Positions 7,563 through 11,713 of a stretch of DNA of 11,713 nucleotides are shown here, piece after piece. Positions within the stretch are counted from its first letter, which is position 1. Every line of letters starts with the position of its first letter. The notes under the pieces are model-generated. The model was not told the origin of the DNA, made no database searches, and saw nothing but the letters and a program-made list of their open reading frames with translations. The translations under genes and the position numbers were made by a program. The stretch comes from Candidatus Sigynarchaeum calidifontis (GTDB lineage Archaea; Asgardarchaeota; Lokiarchaeia; Sigyniarchaeales; Sigyniarchaeaceae): positions 1-11,713 of the forward strand of contig JAUQYZ020000147.1 of assembly GCA_030587475.2 (NCBI GenBank), written 5' to 3'.

Positions 7563-7785
7563 CTAGACGAGCGTGAAAGACACGTCCACGCGGATCTCGG
7601 CTGGCAATGGCGGGAACGGCAGGAATGCTGGCATCCAAAACACATGGATGGCATGATATCGTGGCCCGGGCGGGATGATGGTGAACCCTCTCGGATAGGA
7701 GGCCCCGGGAGGCGTGGTGTACCCCACCCCGCCGCCCGTGCGGAGCACGCTGGCGCCGACCTCGACGCCGATCTCGCGTGACCAT
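7563..7785 (-). pseudogene. Small frameshifted ORF or gene remnant of unknown function
   Basis: The frame reading EIGVEVGASVLRTGGGVGYTTPPGASYPRGFTIIPPG...EIRVDVSFTLV* mostly has G/C-ending codons. The nearest ATG (7785) is 1 nt out of frame, and an in-frame GTG lies at 7748. A T-rich tract follows. Confidence 0.4.
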
Positions 7786-7874
7786 GAATGCGTCGGGGTT
7801 CGAGTCGAAGGTTAAAAACAAGCCCCTGACGGGCTGCAAATCGCGAAAACATTTTTTACATGATCGATGGCGCC

Positions 7875-7899
7875 GAAAAAGAGGGAAAAAACAGAGAAA
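7875..7899 (-). terminator. Oligo-T terminator after the ParM-like gene
   Basis: Minus strand reads TTTCTCTGTTTTTTCCCTCTTTTTC, about 40-60 nt downstream of the stop at 7936. Confidence 0.55.
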
Positions 7900-7935
7900 C
7901 TCATGAACGGGGCCGTCGACGTTCTCGGGCCCGGA

Positions 7936-8982
7936 TCATTCATCCTTGTCGCCGGCGCGGTCCCGGACGACGAGCTCGAAACCCATGGCATTGCTCATGA
8001 CCGGGTCGGGCGGGATGAAGCAGTCCTCTGGCTTGGCAATCATCTTCATCTGGGCGAGGGCCTTCTGGATGAACGGGCCGAAGATGTAGGCACCACCACC
8101 GCAACACACGTAAAGTTCCACGAACGAGTCGGGTGGCATGAAGCCGATGAGGCGGGCGGCCTCGTCGACCATGATCTTGGAGATCTGCTCGGCGTAGTAG
8201 TTCTTGACGTCCTTGATGCTGAAGGTCTCGCCGCCAATCATGACCGAGTCGCGGCCGAGCTCGATGGATTTCATGAGCTCGTATGGCCGGACGTACTTGC
8301 CGGTCTGGTCGTTGAGCTTTTTCGAGATGCGGTTCGTGAGCGTGTCCGTCGCCTCGTTGAGCGAGCCCGAGGATTGACGCATGGGGCGGCCCTGGTACAT
8401 GGCGAGAAAGTCGGTGCTGCCGTGGCCGATGTCGATAAGCACGGCGTCGATGGCGACGTCGACCTTGCGCTCCTTCAACGTCCAATAATAAGTTCCGTAC
8501 GGCTCGGGAATCACGACAGCCTTCTTTACATTCACCGTGAGCTGTCGCTTCTCGCCGGTCGCGTCGTTACGGCACTTTATCTCGTGCGTGCCCTTCAAGA
8601 GCCTCGATAGCTCTTTCATTTCATTCATCGGGGTCGCGACGGGCACGCCGACGCCGATGATGAATTCATCGCCATCCTCGGCAATGTTCACAAGGGACGA
8701 TTTCAACGCGATAAAGGCATTCTCGGCGGATTTCATTTTCCCCTCGGACACCAGGGGGTATTTAATCTCGGATTGGGTGCGGGCGAGCTCGCCGACGAAA
8801 TACTCCTTGCCGTCATGTTCCATAACCAGATTATTAATTAGGCTCTTATCCGTGCTCATCCCTGTCCATCCCTCGCTGACATCGCCGATCATAGAGATCA
8901 TCTTGAATTTTTTCGTCCCATTTTCGAACGAAGTTTTTAAACTCGACGTCCCGAGGTCCATCCCTGCATATTTCAATGGCAT
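7936..8982 (-). CDS. ParM/StbA-family actin-like ATPase (348 aa)
   Basis: Start reassigned to ATG 8982 (MPLKYAGMDLG) after a GGTGA SD. All five actin-fold motifs are present: phosphate-1 GMDLGTSSLK, connect-1 VIPEPYGTYY, phosphate-2 LIDIGHGSTD, adenosine CGGGA and connect-2 DPVMSNAMGF. The ParM/Alp-typical YFVGELA and IGVGVP segments are also present. Confidence 0.92.
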   Translation of the reverse strand: MPLKYAGMDLGTSSLKTSFENGTKKFKMISMIGDVSEGWTGMSTDKSLINNLVMEHDGKEYFVGELARTQSEIKYPLVSEGKMKSAENAFIALKSSLVNIAEDGDEFIIGVGVPVATPMNEMKELSRLLKGTHEIKCRNDATGEKRQLTVNVKKAVVIPEPYGTYYWTLKERKVDVAIDAVLIDIGHGSTDFLAMYQGRPMRQSSGSLNEATDTLTNRISKKLNDQTGKYVRPYELMKSIELGRDSVMIGGETFSIKDVKNYYAEQISKIMVDEAARLIGFMPPDSFVELYVCCGGGAYIFGPFIQKALAQMKMIAKPEDCFIPPDPVMSNAMGFELVVRDRAGDKDE

Positions 8983-9419
8983 ATCATGTTCACCATGTTG
9001 TTTTCGGTTCGAGTGATCCGATCGTGTTCCAAATGATCTCACGTTGCTGCGAATTAAAATCTTAATTGCTGACGCTCCCGGCTTGCCTTTATCGTCCCGT
9101 GATCCCGCGACCGCACGCACTGCTCGGGGTGAATGGCAAGTTCACCCGCCGAGTCCAGCCATCCGATCATGGATGGAAATTACAGCGCGATCCAACCCCG
9201 GCACATCTACAAGGAACGTGCCTCACGAGATGGCCATGAAACAAGTCGGGGGCATGCCGTGTCCCGGAAATTGCAGCCATTTCCGGCGAATAGGACACGC
9301 GCATCGGTATATGGAACCACACGGAAATCGTCCTCACGTTACATTAGAGAACCTTCTTGGTCTGTCACGGTGCTGGATAGCGCGCAAGCTACGAATGCGG
9401 GAGAAAATCACCTAGAAAT

Positions 9420-10892
9420 TCACTGGTGTTTCTTTTTCTTTGTCTGAGGAAAATCCCGCATCCATGCCTCCCACAAGTTTATGATTCCTGATACACGGGG
9501 TGTTTCTGGGGGAGCGGGGCGGTATGAAATTTCACCATCGTCGAAATCGATGTCCTCGATTTGGCTCCACTCGATCGTGGGTTCCCGCGTCTCTGGATCG
9601 ACATAGAAAGTTACGCCGGCATTAAGAGGATCAATGGGGTACTTGCACGCGTCCAGCTCGAATGAGCCTACACGGGGCCCGATATCCTCTTCTTGGAGGA
9701 AACGGATCTCGAAATAATACTTTCCTTTATCTTCTTGTGACTCTGGATCGGACACGTACTGGATGTTCGAGACACCCCAAAATTCGTTAACGACGAGCAG
9801 CATGTTAAAGCTATCCAGCGCACCCGAACTGGCGAGGTGTGGGTACACCATCGCAACGCCTAGATCCCGGTTGTCTGGTCCTAGTTCCTCCGAGAATGCA
9901 ATTCCAGCCAAGAAACGAAGGGTCATGAGGTCGATAGGGCGCGGGACCCCTCGTGACACGTCAGAAGTGACGAGCCACGGGAGCCCTTGTTTGGCGGCAT
10001 CCCAGATTGCTTGCCAGCGTTGTAAAATCCCATCGAGCACGCGCTCGTTTACATGGATGGAAAAACCACTTTCTTTACCGGAAGGAATCGTTCTGAGAAG
10101 GAGATCGTTTGGATCGCAAGCCGAGCCTTTTCCATCGGCGGTAATCCCTTGGCTCTTGCACAAATTGTCAAGATGGTTGCTGAAGTTTTGAATCTGAATG
10201 ATCATTTTCGTCGTGAAATTTTTAGTCGACAACGGAGTAAAGTAATCAAGAAGGAACTGCATTACCGCATACGAATCCCTGATCCATTTGTTATACAACT
10301 CTGTGGACACGGTTCCCCGGGCATTGACCAGTGCTTTCGCTTCCGAATCGCTCCCGATGATACCGGTCGGAGCCAATCGGGCCACGTCGTCGCGAATCGA
10401 CTGGCCAAACATCATCATCGCGCGACCGTGGGCTTCGACGACGTGATTTAAATAGAATTGGTAAACCTTTTCCTTGATCTCGTTAATAGCACGAGATATA
10501 ACATCTATCGTTTCTTTACTCCCCTTCAATTTGGTGAGTGCCTTCACGGGAAATAGTAACGTCATCTTGATTTCGAAAGTAACTGGATCAAGGCCGAGCT
10601 GGTTGAAGAGAGCCCTTAATCGCTCGTCATCCACCGGGCTTATCACGACCTCACGTCTTTCAAACTGCGAATTGACGAATGTTTTGAATCCTGGCACGAC
10701 CGGGTCGTCTGGGTCATCACAATCCGAAAATCGCGTCATCAGCCAATCCTCAGGGGTGCCTTTCTCCACGGCGTGATGTGTTATTAGACTAAACAAGAGA
10801 TCGGCTTGGATAGAAAGCGGGATCAACCGGTTATGCAGCAAGTCGTCGCTGACATCCTCGAGTGTCGCAACCTCTCGCTTGCCTGGTTTCAT
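9420..10892 (-). CDS. Hypothetical protein (490 aa), no recognisable domain
   Basis: Long uninterrupted ORF with ATGA overlap (10889-10892) with the LRR gene. No obvious signal peptide or transmembrane segment. Confidence 0.8.
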   Translation of the reverse strand: MKPGKREVATLEDVSDDLLHNRLIPLSIQADLLFSLITHHAVEKGTPEDWLMTRFSDCDDPDDPVVPGFKTFVNSQFERREVVISPVDDERLRALFNQLGLDPVTFEIKMTLLFPVKALTKLKGSKETIDVISRAINEIKEKVYQFYLNHVVEAHGRAMMMFGQSIRDDVARLAPTGIIGSDSEAKALVNARGTVSTELYNKWIRDSYAVMQFLLDYFTPLSTKNFTTKMIIQIQNFSNHLDNLCKSQGITADGKGSACDPNDLLLRTIPSGKESGFSIHVNERVLDGILQRWQAIWDAAKQGLPWLVTSDVSRGVPRPIDLMTLRFLAGIAFSEELGPDNRDLGVAMVYPHLASSGALDSFNMLLVVNEFWGVSNIQYVSDPESQEDKGKYYFEIRFLQEEDIGPRVGSFELDACKYPIDPLNAGVTFYVDPETREPTIEWSQIEDIDFDDGEISYRPAPPETPRVSGIINLWEAWMRDFPQTKKKKHQ

Positions 10893-11515
10893 CGCATTCG
10901 CCTCTTGAGTGGTTTCACGACGACACTCGCATCGTTATAATATTTGTCGGCGAGCATCGTAAAGAGCCCTGGAATTTCATCGTTCAATTCGATATCACGG
11001 AAGGTGCCAGGGTGTTGACCTTGCTTGCGCAAATCCAGGGTTACAAGATTGCTCAGATCACCGAGACCCTCGATTTCATGTATCTGATTGTTTCGTAACG
11101 AGAGGTGCTTGAGCTTGACGAGCTTCTGAAGCCCTTCAATGCGAGATATGTTGTTCGAATCGAGCCAGAGCGACTCTAAATTCACCAGTGAATCCAAATT
11201 CTCGATCTTCCCGATTTTGTTGTGAGTCAAGGATAGCTCCTTCAAATTAACGAGCTTGTCGAGGCCCTCGATCCGCTTGATCTCATTCGAGTTAAGCCAC
11301 AACGAGCGTAAATGCACGAAACGGTCGAGTCCCTCGATACAAGTGATTTTATTACCGGTCAAGCATAACTCTTCCAGCTTTGGAAGCGCTTCGATGCCTT
11401 TGATGTCGGTAATTCGTTCTATGTCTTTGCAGAAGAGAAAAAGATGCCTTGCATCATCAGTTACCTCCGCGATGACGCTCCCCTTGTATTGAATAACGAG
11501 ACTCTCCGCTACCAT
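10889..11515 (-). CDS. Leucine-rich repeat protein (SDS22-like 22-aa repeats)
   Basis: Tandem LxxLxLxxNxIxxIEGLxxLxx repeats, e.g. LRSLWLNSNEIKRIEGLDKLVN and LKELSLTHNKIGKIENLDSLVN. Start is probably ATG 11515 (MVAESLV), although the frame stays open to the window end. Confidence 0.92.
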   Translation of the reverse strand: MVAESLVIQYKGSVIAEVTDDARHLFLFCKDIERITDIKGIEALPKLEELCLTGNKITCIEGLDRFVHLRSLWLNSNEIKRIEGLDKLVNLKELSLTHNKIGKIENLDSLVNLESLWLDSNNISRIEGLQKLVKLKHLSLRNNQIHEIEGLGDLSNLVTLDLRKQGQHPGTFRDIELNDEIPGLFTMLADKYYNDASVVVKPLKRRMR

Positions 11516-11542
11516 GTTGATCTCTTCTCTTTTGCCGGCAAT

Positions 11543-11551
11543 CTTAAAAAA
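11543..11551 (-). promoter_or_regulatory. Putative TATA box (TTTTTTAAG) for the LRR-hypothetical operon
   Basis: About 28-36 nt upstream of ATG 11515, consistent with archaeal spacing for a short-leader transcript. Confidence 0.45.
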
Positions 11552-11713
11552 CCAACCTATTGAACGCAGAGATTGATCATTGAGATCGCTTAATGATGCG
11601 CGAGCGCGTGGAGAATTAAAAATGATAACCCAATGGCACGGCACCATCGCCGCCATCGCGACCATCATCTCCGGTCTCGCGGAGTGATGTAGGAGCTTCT
11701 TTTCCTCCAGCAT

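Noticed and set aside
7790-7812. GGGGTTCGAGTC resembling a tRNA T-arm
   Set aside because: The flanking bases do not form the T-stem and I could not build a cloverleaf.
7867-8610. 247-aa plus-strand ORF
   Set aside because: Antisense shadow of the GC3-rich ParM-like gene, with no recognisable motifs.
8983-9120. N-terminal extension of the ParM-like ORF
   Set aside because: The phosphate-1 motif normally lies at the extreme N-terminus, and a GGTGA SD precedes ATG 8982.
9000-9420. parC-like iteron array, CRISPR array, RNase P or SRP RNA
   Set aside because: No regularly spaced direct repeats, and the conserved RNase P and SRP motifs were not found convincingly.
9044-9447. Plus-strand ORFs of 123 and 104 aa
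   Set aside because: Composition is not protein-like and there are no motifs. The region is better explained as intergenic.
11516-11713. Upstream in-frame extension of the LRR ORF, or the end of another gene
   Set aside because: It contains a TATA-like tract and has no LRR character. It cannot be resolved at the window edge.

Overview
The window looks archaeal and most likely Asgard (Lokiarchaeia-like). This is inferred from TATA-like boxes, GGTGA Shine-Dalgarno motifs, hairpin-less oligo-T terminators and an SDS22-type LRR protein. In order it contains: the 3' end of a carbon-nitrogen hydrolase; a minus-strand operon (hypothetical protein, SCP2 lipid-binding protein, family III CoA-transferase); a divergent orphan YhdJ-like adenine DNA methyltransferase; a membrane-anchored beta-propeller surface protein; an internally deleted, frameshifted GPH/MFS sugar transporter; a multidomain protein (putative OB-fold, acidic/RGG linker, variant SWIM Zn finger); a small frameshifted coding remnant; a stand-alone ParM/StbA-like actin-fold ATPase with no visible ParR, preceded by a hairpin-dense intergenic region; and a translationally coupled LRR plus 490-aa hypothetical pair. 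I found no tRNA, rRNA, CRISPR array or transposase.
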